Assembly: GCA_944336335.1 (NCBI GenBank)
Contig: CALVLC010000001.1
Coordinates: 1,508 to 65,507 of the forward strand
Length of the DNA stretch: 64,000 bases
Origin: an uncultured Bacilli bacterium
Lineage (GTDB): Bacteria > Bacillota_I > Bacilli_A > RFN20 > CAG-826
Direction of reading: 5' to 3'
Below, piece by piece: positions 1 to 9,248 of the stretch (its first letter is position 1; every line of letters starts with the position of its first letter). The translations under genes and the position numbers were made by a program. Below the pieces are notes generated by a model. That model was not told the DNA's origin. It searched no databases and saw only the letters and a program-made list of their open reading frames with translations.

Positions 1-696
1 ATCTTTTTTTGCAATTTCTTTTCGATTTTCTTCGCCAATTATTTCTCCATCACTTAAATAAATAATCTTATCGCTATATTTTTCAGCCAATTCTTTATTA
101 TGAGTAACTAAAATTACGAGATGATTCTCGCTAAGTTTTTTTAAAACTTCCATTACTTCAATACTTGTCTTACTATCAAGAGCACCAGTTGGTTCATCAG
201 CTAAAATAATTTTAGGATTATTAACAAGAGCTCTAGCGATAGCAATTCTTTGCATTTGTCCACCACTTAAATCAGAGCTTTTCTTGTCCTTTAATTCAAG
301 TAGATCGACCTTTTTTAATAGTTCCAATACTCTTTCTTCGGTTTTCTTTTTATCAGTTTCACCACCCAAAACTAAAGGTAACTCAATATTTTCATAAGCA
401 TTTAAATTTTTAATAAGGTGATAAGATTGAAAGACAAAACCAATAACTTTATTACGAAATTCATCTTTCTTTTCACTAGATAAACTATTTGTTGAAATTC
501 CATCTATTATAATATCTCCACTTGTAGGTTTATCTAAAAGACCAATTAAATTTAAAAAAGTAGATTTGCCACAACCTGATGGTCCAAGAATTGAATAAAA
601 ACCAGTATCAGAAAATTTTACATTAATGTTTTTAAGTGCATTAGTAACAATATTTCCACTTCTATAGTCTTTATTTAAGTTTTTAATTTCAATCAT
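1..696 (-). CDS. ABC transporter ATP-binding protein (C-terminal end runs off window start)
   Basis: Not in the ORF track because it touches the edge. My translation from ATG at 696 reads MIEIKNLNKDYRSG...GPSGCGKST (Walker A)...LSGGQMQRIAIARAL (signature)...ILADEPTGALD (Walker B). The layout is MacB/LolD-like. Confidence 0.85.
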   Translation of the reverse strand, partial: MIEIKNLNKDYRSGNIVTNALKNINVKFSDTGFYSILGPSGCGKSTFLNLIGLLDKPTSGDIIIDGISTNSLSSEKKDEFRNKVIGFVFQSYHLIKNLNAYENIELPLVLGGETDKKKTEERVLELLKKVDLLELKDKKSSDLSGGQMQRIAIARALVNNPKIILADEPTGALDSKTSIEVMEVLKKLSENHLVILVTHNKELAEKYSDKIIYLSDGEIIGEENRKEIAKKD

Positions 697-802
697 CTAA
701 ATCACCAGTTAACAAGATAAATTTTAACATTAATCAAAAAATTTACTTATATAAATTTAAAAAGATTTAAATTACAAAACTGAAAGTTATAAAATAAGCC
801 GT

Positions 803-1762
803 ATGCAATTTGAAAAGAAACAAGTTATTAGTTTTTTCTTATTAATCTTTGCTTCCTTTTTATGGGGCATTTCTTTTGTCTTTCAATCTATGGCTTCTAA
901 TCATTTAGGAACCTTTGCAATTAATACTTTCCGTTCTTTAATTGCTGCTATATTTTTAGTGCCTTTTATGATTTATTCTATCCATAAAAATAAGAAGAAT
1001 AATATTTCTCAAAACTTGAATTTTTCAATATTTAGTGGACTTTTTGCAGGGTTTTTTCTTGCTTTAGCAAATATTTTTCAACAATTAGGAGTCTCAACAA
1101 CAAGCACTTCTAAAAGTGGATTCATCACAGCTTTTTATATAATTTTAGTTCCTGTTGTTTCAATATTTTTCAAAAAGAAATGTTCAAAAAACGTCTATAT
1201 TGCAATCCTTATTGCTTTAGTAGGACTTGGCTTATTGACGCTAGATTCTTCTTTTAAAATAGAGTTAGGAGACATATATCTATTTATTGGATCAATCTTT
1301 TTTACATTTCAAATATTAACAATAGATTATGCTTCTAAAAAGAGTGACATTTTTCTTTTGATGTGTATTCAGATGACAACTAGTGGTTTAATCACTATGC
1401 CTTTTATAGCGCTTGAAGAGATTTCTTTTTCTTTAATGTATGAAGCATTATTTCCTTTATTATTTTTAGGTATTGCTTCAAATGGACTTGCTTATACAAT
1501 TCAAGTTTTTACTCAAAAACATCTTAATCCAACGCTAGCAAGTTTATTAATGTCTTTAGAAAGTGTATTTGCTTCTTTAACAGGAGTTATTATTTATACT
1601 TTTTACCAATTTAGTGATGTACCTCAATATCTTAATTTACAGCAAACTTTTGGTTGTGTTGTGATGTTTATCGCGGTAATTATCTCAATCTTACCTGGAA
1701 AACGGTTCACAGTTTCTTACTATAAAGAGCGCAAAAAGAACAAAGAAAACACATTACAATAA
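803..1762 (+). CDS. EamA/DMT-family transporter
   Basis: 319-aa polytopic membrane protein with about 10 hydrophobic segments in two halves, typical of drug/metabolite transporter (EamA) proteins. Confidence 0.65.
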   Translation: MQFEKKQVISFFLLIFASFLWGISFVFQSMASNHLGTFAINTFRSLIAAIFLVPFMIYSIHKNKKNNISQNLNFSIFSGLFAGFFLALANIFQQLGVSTTSTSKSGFITAFYIILVPVVSIFFKKKCSKNVYIAILIALVGLGLLTLDSSFKIELGDIYLFIGSIFFTFQILTIDYASKKSDIFLLMCIQMTTSGLITMPFIALEEISFSLMYEALFPLLFLGIASNGLAYTIQVFTQKHLNPTLASLLMSLESVFASLTGVIIYTFYQFSDVPQYLNLQQTFGCVVMFIAVIISILPGKRFTVSYYKERKKNKENTLQ

Positions 1763-1839
1763 ATTTACAATTATATGTTTGATTCTTCTTTACTATCAAA
1801 TTTGGTTTGCTAGAATATTTGAGTTGCAGAAAAGAATTA

Positions 1840-3045
1840 ATGTTTATGAGTACATTACTTTTGTTAATTATCTATCTTATATTTATATCATTAGGCCTTC
1901 CTGATTCACTTATTGCATCATCTTGGCCAGCTATGTCTCAATCTTTAGAGATCTCTCCTGCATTTCAAGGAATTCTTACTTTTATAATTTCTTTATGTAC
2001 GATCATTTCATCATTTTTAACAGTTAAATTAGTTAAGCTATTAAAAACCAAAGGTGTTATTCTAGTTTCAATCTTATTGACTTGTATAGGACTTATTTGT
2101 ATTTCTTATTCACCTAACTTTATTTTAATTGTTTTAAGCGCTATCCCTCTTGGTTTAGGAGCTGGTGCAATTGATTCAGCTTTAAATAATTATGTGGCTT
2201 TAAATTATAAAGCCATTCACTTAAACTGGCTCCATGCTTTTTGGGGAGTAGGTGCTTCTATTTCACCTTTTATTTGCGGAGCTTTTTTAACTGATTTAAA
2301 TGGCTGGAGAAATGGTGCTTTATGTCTTGCTATTATTCAATCTTGTATTTGGTTAATTTGTGTAATTTCCATTAAAGTTTGGAACAAAGCTGAACTTCAA
2401 TTTGAAAAAAGAGATGAAGAAAATGGTAACAAAACAAAAGAAATCAACACTTCTTTTATTGAGACTTTTAAATTAAGAGGTGTTTTTCCTGCTTTAATTG
2501 GTTTTTTCTGTTATATCGCAATTGAACAAACAACTGCTAACTGGTTCTCTTCGATGGTTGTTTTTGAAATGGGAGTAGCTGAAAATACAGCCGCTAACTG
2601 GGCATCATTATTTTACATTGGAATTATGGTTGGAAGACTTATAGCTGGTGTTGTTTCATTAAAAGTTAATGATAAAAATCTAATTAGAATAGGTGAAGGA
2701 ATTATTCTTATTGGATTAATCTTCATGTGCATGCAATTTAATGTCTATTTAATGCCAGCTGGATTAGTTTTAATCGGACTTGGATGTGCTCCAGTATATC
2801 CAGCAATTATTCACTCTACTCCTACTAGATTTGGGGCTGAGCATTCTCAAGCCGTTATGTCGATTCAAATGGGTTTTGCTTATATTGCAAATGTCTCATT
2901 TGCTCCTTTATTTGGAGTAGTTGGTAGATTTACATCTTTTTTAATCTTACCTTATGTTATCTTAGTTGTACTTGTTCTATTGGTTGTCTGTAATGAACTT
3001 GTAAATAAATTAACTAGTAAGCCAATTGAAAAAGCGACCAATTAA
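1840..3045 (+). CDS. MFS transporter
   Basis: About 400 aa with 12 predicted TM segments and a central hydrophilic loop (KAELQFEKRDEENGNK). The start was moved from the TTG at 1807 to the first ATG at 1840 (MFMSTLLL...). Confidence 0.6.
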   Translation: MFMSTLLLLIIYLIFISLGLPDSLIASSWPAMSQSLEISPAFQGILTFIISLCTIISSFLTVKLVKLLKTKGVILVSILLTCIGLICISYSPNFILIVLSAIPLGLGAGAIDSALNNYVALNYKAIHLNWLHAFWGVGASISPFICGAFLTDLNGWRNGALCLAIIQSCIWLICVISIKVWNKAELQFEKRDEENGNKTKEINTSFIETFKLRGVFPALIGFFCYIAIEQTTANWFSSMVVFEMGVAENTAANWASLFYIGIMVGRLIAGVVSLKVNDKNLIRIGEGIILIGLIFMCMQFNVYLMPAGLVLIGLGCAPVYPAIIHSTPTRFGAEHSQAVMSIQMGFAYIANVSFAPLFGVVGRFTSFLILPYVILVVLVLLVVCNELVNKLTSKPIEKATN

Positions 3046-3065
3046 TGCGGTCGCTTTTTCTTTTA
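3031..3065 (+). terminator. rho-independent terminator after the MFS gene
   Basis: Stem aaagcgacc/ggtcgcttt followed by a T-run; the stop codon lies in the loop. Confidence 0.7.
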
Positions 3066-3164
3066 CTTTAAAATAAAGGCCTAATAATAATATTTTTAAT
3101 AGCGTTTTAATCTTCCTTGATTCTAAATAGAGTTATAATTATTACATCGGAGGAAATATTGAAA

Positions 3165-3923
3165 ATGTTTGATTATACAAACAGAGTTGTAGTCATAACC
3201 GGTGCAAGTAGCGGTTTAGGCTCGCAAATGGCAAAAGGATTTGCTGCACAACACGCAAATCTTGTTTTACTTGCTCGTAGAGTTGAAAGACTTGAAGAAC
3301 TTGCTAAAGATCTTCGTAAATTAGGTGTTAAAGTTTTACCACTTAAATGTGATGTTACTAATACTGAAAACGTTAATGAATGTGCTGAAAAGGTTGAAAA
3401 AGAATTTGGCAAAGTTGATGTTTTAGTAAATTGTGCCGGTGCTAGTAAAAATGCTGGTGTTTTAAACCTGACTGCTGAAGAATGGGATTTCACAATGGAC
3501 ATTGACTTAAAGAGCGTCTTCTTAGTTACAAGAGCTTTTGCTAACATCATGAAAAAACATAATTATGGAAGAATTATTAATATCGCTTCAATGTATGGTT
3601 TAGTTGGTAATCCTGCAATGGATACTGTCGCATATCATACTTCAAAAGGTGGCGTTGTTAACTTTACTCGTGCTGTTGCTGCTGAACTTGCTAAATATAA
3701 AATTACATGCAATGCAATCTGCCCAGGTTATTTTGAAACAGAACTTACTCACGACACTTTAGTTACACCTGAATTTACTGCTTATATGAAAGCTACAGTT
3801 CCACTAGGAAGATATGGTAATGAAGGCGAACTTAATGCTGGTGCTATTTTCTTAGGTAGCGAAGAAGCAAGTTATGTAACTGGTGTTATTTTACCAATCG
3901 ATGGTGGATATACCTGTATCTAA
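3165..3923 (+). CDS. SDR-family oxidoreductase (substrate unknown)
   Basis: Carries TGASSGLG (TGxxxGxG cofactor motif), YHTSKGG (YxxxK catalytic) and NAICPG. The ATG at 3165 is preceded by GGAGG; the ORF-track start at 3117 is an upstream TTG. Confidence 0.85.
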   Translation: MFDYTNRVVVITGASSGLGSQMAKGFAAQHANLVLLARRVERLEELAKDLRKLGVKVLPLKCDVTNTENVNECAEKVEKEFGKVDVLVNCAGASKNAGVLNLTAEEWDFTMDIDLKSVFLVTRAFANIMKKHNYGRIINIASMYGLVGNPAMDTVAYHTSKGGVVNFTRAVAAELAKYKITCNAICPGYFETELTHDTLVTPEFTAYMKATVPLGRYGNEGELNAGAIFLGSEEASYVTGVILPIDGGYTCI

Positions 3924-3950
3924 AATCAAAATTAAACAAAATAATAAGTT

Positions 3951-3980
3951 TAAATCTTGGCAATTTTGCCAAGATTTTTT
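3951..3980 (+). terminator. rho-independent terminator after the SDR gene
   Basis: aaatcttggca-attt-tgccaagattt followed by tttt. Confidence 0.75.
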
Positions 3981-4060
3981 AGTGCTTAAAATAAAAAGTT
4001 TCAAACTACTTTTCTTTTATGTAAGCTAGTTAGAAACAAAAAATAATTGAGTTTTGCAGG

Positions 4061-4711
4061 TTATTTTTCAAATTCAGCAATATTGTTGGTATTTCCAACT
4101 ACAACTATTGCATCGTTTTCTTTAAAGATATGAGATGGGGAAATGTTGATATCAATGTTGTCATCTCTTTCAATTGCAACAATGTTTAAATTGTATTTTT
4201 TTCTGATATCACTATCGGCAAGTTTTACACCAATATATCTTTTAGGGATTGCGATTTCAACAATTTCAATGTTTTCGTTAAGTGAAATGAAATCAAGAAT
4301 GTTGTGGGAAAGAATTTTTTTAGAAAGACGGTCAGCGCTATCTTTATCAGGATAAACAACTTCAGCACCAAGTCTTTCTAAAACTTTACCTTGATCTTCG
4401 TTACCAGCTTTAGCGATAACTTTATTTACTCCAAGTGAGATAGCATTAAGTGTTGTTAAAATTGAAATATCACTTTTTTCACCAATACAAACAACGATTG
4501 TATCGCATTCTTTAAAACCAAGTTCTTCTAAAGTTTCTTTTGATAAATCTTCACTAACGTAAGCATAGTCAGTATAGTTTAAAACTTCTTTAACTTTCTT
4601 TTCATCTTTGTCGAGACAAATGACATCTTTCCCTTTTGAAGAAAGTTCAATTGCAAGTGACATACCAAATCTGCCTAAACCAATAATACCAATTGTTCCT
4701 TTTTTATCCAT
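4061..4711 (-). CDS. trkA: TrkA/KtrA-type K+ uptake regulatory subunit (RCK domains)
   Basis: 216 aa with an N-terminal Rossmann motif GIIGLGRFG and the RCK-N plus RCK-C size. It sits directly downstream of a TrkH-family gene and has an AAGGAG RBS. Confidence 0.8.
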   Translation of the reverse strand: MDKKGTIGIIGLGRFGMSLAIELSSKGKDVICLDKDEKKVKEVLNYTDYAYVSEDLSKETLEELGFKECDTIVVCIGEKSDISILTTLNAISLGVNKVIAKAGNEDQGKVLERLGAEVVYPDKDSADRLSKKILSHNILDFISLNENIEIVEIAIPKRYIGVKLADSDIRKKYNLNIVAIERDDNIDINISPSHIFKENDAIVVVGNTNNIAEFEK

Positions 4712-4723
4712 GACTTCTTCTCC

Positions 4724-6112
4724 TTAACCTATAGGTAATGAATCATCAGCATAATTCCAAGTGCTCTTAGCTCTTCTCTTAAATAAAGATAATGAAATTG
4801 ACATTGGTCCAATACGTCCAATATACATAAGTGAGATTAAACATATTTTACTACCAACTGAGAAAAATGGAGTAACTCCAGTTGATAAACCAACAGTAGC
4901 AAATGCACTAAATGCATCAAAAACGTAATCTAAAGAATCATATGTATTGCCATTTCCTTCAATACTTTCACCTTCAAATGCAAACATCAATATGATAAAG
5001 AATAATAAGAATAAAATTGATAAAAAGAATAAAATAAATGATTTTTGCGTGGTATCTTTTGAAATTGAGCGTCTAAATGCATGTGGATGCTTGCCATCAA
5101 TTTCGCTTCTAATACGGGTAAATAGGGCAAAAATTGTTGTTGTTTTAACACCACCACCAGTACCACCAGGGGAAGCACCAATAAACATCAAAACATTCAT
5201 TAAAAGAATTGAACAAATTTGAGCATCATATAAATTGAAAGTAGTAAATCCAGCAGTTCTTGTTGAAACACTTAAAAAGAAAGATTCAAGAAAATCCATT
5301 CCAGCTGGAACGTTTTGATCAATAAAATGAGGAACGTTTTCACTTAAATAAATAGTGATTGTGCCTAAAACAATTAAAAGCAAAGTCATGAAAATAACAA
5401 CTTTACTATGAAGTGTCATTTTCTTAAATTTGAATTTTTTAAAAATGATATCAATGATTACTAGATAACCTAAACCACCAAAAATAATAAGTAATGAAAT
5501 AACTAAATTTAAAAAGACATCATTAGAAAAAGCAATTAATGAAGTATTTCCAAATATGTCAAATCCAGCATTATTAAAAGCACTAACTGATAAGAAAAAA
5601 GCATGTCCAAAAGCAGCATCTACTGTTTTAACTACATCATTATGGAAGAAATACAGATCAAAAAATAAAAGGATTGCTCCTACAAATTCAGCTATAAAAG
5701 TAATAAGTAAGTTTAAATAGAAAATTCTCTTTAAACCTTTAAATGAGGATATGTTCCAGCTTTCTTTAACTAAAACTTGTTGATGAAAGCTTAGTTTAGA
5801 AGAAACAATCAAAATAAAAGTCATAGCTAAAGTTGCAGCACCTAAGCCACCAATTTGAATAAGTATAGCTACGACAAATCGACCAAATATATTATAAGTT
5901 TCAGCTACTGAACCATTAGGTAATGAAACAAGACCAGTGACACAAGTTGCAGATGTTGATGTAAATAAAGCATCAATATATGACACTGTTTGTCCTTCAT
6001 TTAAAGAAAATGGAGCCCAAAGCAATAAGGAACCCACTAATATTACTAGAATAAAAGCTAAACAAATAAAGGCAATTGGTCTAATTTCGAATTTCTTCTT
6101 ACCTAGCGACAT
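4724..6112 (-). CDS. trkH: TrkH/KtrB-family K+ transporter membrane subunit
   Basis: 462-aa polytopic protein with repeated pore-loop-like GxG segments (CVTGLV, GGLGAAT, NAGFD, GGTGGG). It is paired with trkA. Confidence 0.8.
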   Translation of the reverse strand: MSLGKKKFEIRPIAFICLAFILVILVGSLLLWAPFSLNEGQTVSYIDALFTSTSATCVTGLVSLPNGSVAETYNIFGRFVVAILIQIGGLGAATLAMTFILIVSSKLSFHQQVLVKESWNISSFKGLKRIFYLNLLITFIAEFVGAILLFFDLYFFHNDVVKTVDAAFGHAFFLSVSAFNNAGFDIFGNTSLIAFSNDVFLNLVISLLIIFGGLGYLVIIDIIFKKFKFKKMTLHSKVVIFMTLLLIVLGTITIYLSENVPHFIDQNVPAGMDFLESFFLSVSTRTAGFTTFNLYDAQICSILLMNVLMFIGASPGGTGGGVKTTTIFALFTRIRSEIDGKHPHAFRRSISKDTTQKSFILFFLSILFLLFFIILMFAFEGESIEGNGNTYDSLDYVFDAFSAFATVGLSTGVTPFFSVGSKICLISLMYIGRIGPMSISLSLFKRRAKSTWNYADDSLPIG

Positions 6113-6213
6113 AACAACTAATATTATACATACTTTAAAAATTTATGCAGGTGGAAGTTTGAGTTTTTCGATTTAAATTTTCGAATCAATTCTAAAGTTA
6201 AAGTCCTTCAGAT

Positions 6214-6253
6214 TAAAAAATAGTGAAGCTCCAGTGTAGTAAAACTTCACTAT
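6214..6253 (-). terminator. rho-independent terminator of the DUF3990/DUF3791 operon
   Basis: On the minus strand: atagtgaag - 16 nt loop - cttcactat followed by tttttt. Confidence 0.7.
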
Positions 6254-6313
6254 CACTTCACTATTTACTTCACTCAACTGTGAAGTTAATAAAGTTGACA
6301 TTCATTCCTTCAC

Positions 6314-6526
6314 TTAAGAGTTAGTTCTTCGTGAATTAATATAAATATCAATATCTTCGATTAAATAATCTCTTCCGGTTGTGTGCAAAACATCATAAAA
6401 ACTTTCTAGATAATCAAATACATTGTATTTTTTAAATAAATCCATTGCTTGCCATCCTTTTAATTTATGATGAGCTTTATAAGCCTCGAAACAAAATACT
6501 TTAAAATCTAAAATTTTAGTTGTCAT
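6314..6526 (-). CDS. DUF3791-like small protein
   Basis: 70 aa from the ATG at 6526, which is preceded by GGAGGT. The motif FYDVLHTTGRDYLIEDIDIYI matches my recollection of the DUF3791 family. There is an ATGA overlap with the upstream gene. Confidence 0.6.
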   Translation of the reverse strand: MTTKILDFKVFCFEAYKAHHKLKGWQAMDLFKKYNVFDYLESFYDVLHTTGRDYLIEDIDIYINSRRTNS

Positions 6527-6759
6527 ATAACCTCCGGCCAAACTAAATTTCCGCTTCTTTCATCATTAAACAGTTCTGCAAGCATGGTTGTGCTTAAGTG
6601 CCACACTTTAGTTTCTTCAATTTCCAGTTTTGAATAAACTTTAGAAATTACGAACCTTTCTAAAGCATAGTTTTCACTCCAACCAGTTTGCTTGATTATT
6701 AAATTAACAGTATTAGCAGTAATTATATAAAGTAAGTCTTCAAATTCTTTTTCGTTCAT
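6523..6759 (-). CDS. small protein, DUF3791-like (second copy, divergent)
   Basis: 78 aa, with ATGA overlaps at both ends. Its size and position match the usual DUF3990-DUF3791 arrangement. Confidence 0.45.
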   Translation of the reverse strand: MNEKEFEDLLYIITANTVNLIIKQTGWSENYALERFVISKVYSKLEIEETKVWHLSTTMLAELFNDERSGNLVWPEVI

Positions 6760-7241
6760 ATCGCTTCCTCCCGCATCTCAAAATGGAGATATTTTAAGGC
6801 TTTTTCATTTCGAAAAACTATTTGATCAACCAGCGATTCACTTTTTAATCTTTTTAAAGCTTCTTCCAACTCATATTCGCCATTTTCGTATCTAACAACA
6901 ACGCTGTAGACTCTATCATCAGCGACTGGGCCAATTATCAAATCAAAATCACTGTTTAATTTTTCACCACGTCTATGTGCACAAACAAATTCTAGCCATT
7001 CCATATTTGCTAAATCAAATTTTAGTATAGATAGATCTTTTTCAGCATTTTCCAAGTCGAATTCGTAACAATTAATATAAGCTTTTTTTGAATTATTTCG
7101 CACACAGACACGTTTCGCCCATCTAGAAGCTTGTTCAAAACTTGTCGTTAGATAAAAGCCTGTCCCAAAATCTAATGGTCTTTCGCTTTTGATTATTTCT
7201 GGTTGATCAACTATCACATCGCTTCCATGATATAACTTCAT
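6756..7241 (-). CDS. DUF3990-like protein with PARP/ART-like motifs
   Basis: 161 aa. The N-terminus is [16 protein letters not shown] lies at residues 25-32, and DQIVF is near the C-terminus. LYHGS is the hallmark I recall for DUF3990. Confidence 0.6.
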   Translation of the reverse strand: MKLYHGSDVIVDQPEIIKSERPLDFGTGFYLTTSFEQASRWAKRVCVRNNSKKAYINCYEFDLENAEKDLSILKFDLANMEWLEFVCAHRRGEKLNSDFDLIIGPVADDRVYSVVVRYENGEYELEEALKRLKSESLVDQIVFRNEKALKYLHFEMREEAI

Positions 7242-7555
7242 TTAATTCTCTCCATTTTCAACATACGTTCATACTCTTTTTTCAAAGTATACAATAAACT
7301 TTCAAAGTGTTTACGTAACATGATTTCAGATTTCAACTTTTGTTCGAGATCAAAAGTTCCTGCATATTTAGTTATAGTTTTACCATTTTCTTTATATTTT
7401 AAATAACAATATTTTTTCCCTTTATTCAAAGTACGTACATAAAGCTGACCTCGAGGAAATTGCTTTATTTTTTCTTCATATGCTTTTTGCATATGAAGAT
7501 TTCTGCTTTTTTCTTGGCAAATAATTCGATCGATTAAAAATTTATTTTTTTCCAT
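7238..7555 (-). CDS. hypothetical protein (first gene of the operon, possibly leaderless)
   Basis: The ORF-track start is a GTG at 7573. The ATG at 7555 lies 6 nt after a TATAAT. The protein is lysine-rich and has no motif I recognise. Confidence 0.5.
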   Translation of the reverse strand: MEKNKFLIDRIICQEKSRNLHMQKAYEEKIKQFPRGQLYVRTLNKGKKYCYLKYKENGKTITKYAGTFDLEQKLKSEIMLRKHFESLLYTLKKEYERMLKMERIK

Positions 7556-7561
7556 ATTTTT

Positions 7562-7591
7562 ATTATACACCACTTTTTTTAAAAATCACAA
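7562..7591 (-). promoter_or_regulatory. sigma-70-type promoter of the four-gene operon
   Basis: On the minus strand: TTGTGA (7591-7586), an 18-nt spacer ending in TG, then TATAAT (7567-7562). The ATG at 7555 follows after 6 nt, which implies a leaderless mRNA. Confidence 0.5.
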
Positions 7592-7802
7592 ATTTAGTTG
7601 TGTATAAAATTTACGTAAAATTTAAATTCAGTACTTATTTTTTAATTTGATCATTAATGAGTTAACTATTTCTGAATTTAGACTTGTAAACATTTTTCGA
7701 TTTCCGTATATTTTAAGAATCAAACATTTTTCAGTTTCCGTTAATTTTTGACGTATAACATTTCTTATTTTCAGTATGATATAATCAAAGAAAAGGATTT
7801 AA

Positions 7803-9146
7803 AATGATATTAAAAGAAAAATTTATGATAAATTATTAAAATGGAAAAGCGAATCCAACGGAAAATGCGGCTTGTTAATTGAAGGCGCAAAAGGAGTTGA
7901 CAAAACTACAATTGTTACTGAATTTGCTAAAAAAGAATATGACTCATATATTTTGATTGATTTTGATAAAGAAGATAAAAAAGCACATGAATTTTTTAGA
8001 AGTGGTTTTGGAGATTCGGATAGCCTTTTTAGATCATTAAGCGTTTACTACAACACACCACTCATAGAAAGAAAATCTTTAATAATCTTTGATGAAATTC
8101 AAAAATTTCCTCGAATTCACGAAGGTATGAAATATCTTATTGAAGATGGACGTTATGATTTTATTGAGATCGGTTCTTCTATTACCTTAAAAATGTTAGG
8201 AATGAATATAACTCTTCCTAGCGAAGTTATTTTAATTAAAATGTATCCAATGGATTTTGAAGAATTTCTACGGACAAATAATGACGAAGTTACTATTCCT
8301 TTTTTGAAAACTAAATTTGCTAAAAAAGAGCCAGTCGGTCAAGCCTTACATAATAGAATTATGAGTCGCTCTAGAACTTATCTAAGCGTAGGTGGTATGC
8401 CGCAAGTTGTTGAACAATTTTTGTTAGATAAAGTAAACTTATTCAAAATTGATAAAATTAAAAGAGAAATTATTAACTTATATGAAACAGATTTAGCAAA
8501 GTATGATAATCAATTTAATACTTACAGAGAAAAAATGTTTTCTTTAATCCCTTCAACTTTGAACAGCAAAAATAAAACTATTAAATATTCAAAAATTAAA
8601 AAAGATGGAAGATTTGCAGCTTTTTATAGCACAATAGATGAAATTAAAAAATCCATGGTAGACAATGTCTCTTATAACGTCACTGATCCTTCTATAACTA
8701 TAACAGCCACTAAAGATCCAAAAAGCATAAAAATTTTTCTTCTGATACAGGCTTATTAATAACGCAAATGTTAGATTCTGGCTTAAACACTACTTCAAAT
8801 ATCTATAAAAGTTTAATTTTCGATAAACTCTCCTTCAACAATGGTATGTTCTTTGAAAATGCTGTAAGCCAAGCTTAACTGCGAACAAACATAAACTTTT
8901 CTATCACACTTTTAAAGTTAAAGGACCTGAAAATTACTACGAAATAGATTTTTATTAGTAAATGGAAAGATACTAACTCCTATTGAAGTTAAATCTTCTT
9001 CCTATGAAAACCATAAATCTTTAGATATGTTTATGCAGAAATATAAAGATAGACAAATTGATAATGCGTATGTAATTTATGGCAAAGATCTAAAGCAAGA
9101 AGGTAAAATTACATATCTACCAATCTATATGACTTGTTTGTTATAA
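7803..9146 (+). pseudogene. AAA-ATPase / DUF4143 (COG1373-type) gene, multiply frameshifted
   Basis: The homologous reading runs through four or more frames. The pieces are NDIKRKIYDKLLKWK...GAKGVDKTT (7803-8759), then SDTGLLITQML...ENAVSQA*, then LTANKHKLFYHTFKVKGPENYYEIDF, then FLLVNGKILTPIEVKSSSYENHKSLD...IYMTCLL* ending at 9146. The N-terminal ATG at 7804 is out of frame. Walker A reads GVDKT instead of GVGKT. Confidence 0.8.
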
Positions 9147-9150
9147 CTTA

Positions 9151-9234
9151 TAATTTAAAAAGATTCGAACTCTCGAACCTTCATTAGAAAATCACAAATG
9201 AGTATATTTTTCTACGCTTGTGCCACTTTAAACC
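9151..9234 (-). other. tRNA-like relic (degenerate, probably non-functional)
   Basis: The minus strand reads GGTTTAAAGTGGCAC...TCATT-11nt-AATGA..GAGAGTTCGAATCTTTTTAAATTA. The T-loop TTCGAAT is intact, but the T-stem and acceptor pair only through G-U pairs, the anticodon loop is 11 nt, and there is no proper D-arm. Confidence 0.35.
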
Positions 9235-9248
9235 AAAAAACGATTTCA

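Noticed and set aside
3173-3550. 125-aa ORF antisense to the SDR gene
   Set aside because: It lies entirely inside and opposite a well-supported CDS. It has no RBS and a low-complexity Ser/Thr/Leu-rich translation typical of a shadow frame in a locally GC-richer gene. The same reasoning applies to 4143-4355, 4947-5222, 4987-5181, 5937-6176, 10007-10189, 10702-10890 and 11847-12062.
6113-6213. c-di-AMP (ydaO-type) riboswitch upstream of trkH
   Set aside because: Only about 100 nt are available, and none of the conserved G-rich or ACGGGG-type elements of that riboswitch are present.
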